The notes under the pieces were generated by a model. The model saw only the letters and a list, made by a program, of their open reading frames with translations, was not told the origin of the DNA and ran no database searches. The translations under genes were made by a program, and so were the position numbers. Shown piece by piece: positions 63,478 through 64,000 of a stretch of 64,000 nucleotides of DNA; position 1 is the stretch's first letter; each line of letters starts with the position of its first letter. The DNA is from Octopus vulgaris. Lineage: Eukaryota. Location of the stretch: positions 32,674,001 through 32,738,000 of the forward strand of contig OX597830.1 in NCBI GenBank assembly GCA_951406725.2, read 5' to 3'.

Positions 63478-63772
63478 CACCCTTTTGAAGCCTAGCCAGG
63501 CTCATGGGCCCGGTTTCCCGGTTTCTGTGGCGTATGTGTTCCCCCCAGCTGGATGGGATGCCAGTCCATTGCAGCATTACTCAAGAAACAGGAAGAGAGA
63601 GTGAGAGAAAGATGTGGCAAAAGAGTACAACAAGGGTTGCCACCACCCCCTGCCAGAGCCTCGTGGAGCTTTTAGGTGGTTTCACTCAATAAACACACAC
63701 AACGCCCAGTCTGGGAATTGAAACTGCGATCCTCCGACCACGAGTTCACTGCTCTAACCACTGGGCCATTGC
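63478..63772 (-). mobile_element. tRNA-derived SINE (family D variant)
   Basis: Minus strand A box TGGCCCAGTGG, B box GTTTCAATTCC, central AATGGACTGGCATCCCATCCAGCTGGGGG...GAAACCGGGAAACCGG. Confidence 0.85.
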
Positions 63773-64000
63773 TGAACCCTAATTATAATTATGCTTATAG
63801 TTATAAGATTTTTGTATAAGTTTATCGATAATGGTTCTTTTAACATACCAAACTACTTGGTAAAATTATTAATTATTAATTGATTAGTTAATTTTACTCT
63901 TTCTTATTATTGATAATATATATATATACATAGAGGGAGGGAAGTTTATAATGATAAAACTAAAAGACAGAGGGATAGATAGATAGATAGATAGCCAGAT

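Overview
AT-rich, microsatellite-saturated eukaryotic non-coding DNA. The repeat families (tRNA-derived SINEs, (TA)n/(TATG)n/(GATA)n/(TAA)n/(CAC)n arrays) suggest an octopod cephalopod (Octopus sp.); this is inferred, not proven. Nearly all ORFs in the track are artefacts of simple repeats. Supportable content: more than 30 SINE or SINE-like copies of about 4-5 families; five decayed Tc1/mariner remnants, including a full-span DD37D (maT-type) copy with both TIRs at 52832-54081; a 1.17-kb TIR element; a Gypsy LTR remnant lacking RT/RNase H; a CR1-type LINE 3' end; pieces of retroelements embedded in microsatellites; and a ~167-bp higher-order tandem array built from a ~31-bp monomer. The most notable signal is a set of Penelope-like (GIY-YIG) remnants plus at least five minimal hammerhead-ribozyme-like motifs from about four sequence families, two of them on opposite strands of a 400-bp foldback. 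There is weak evidence for host exons: a candidate two-exon MGCIPS... start on the minus strand at 46.0-46.3 kb, a stop-rich plus-strand exon at 44.2-44.4 kb and a CpG-retaining first-exon-like region near 27.0 kb. No complete host gene, rRNA, true tRNA or CRISPR array is present. All alignments and folds were done by eye, and element boundaries are approximate.
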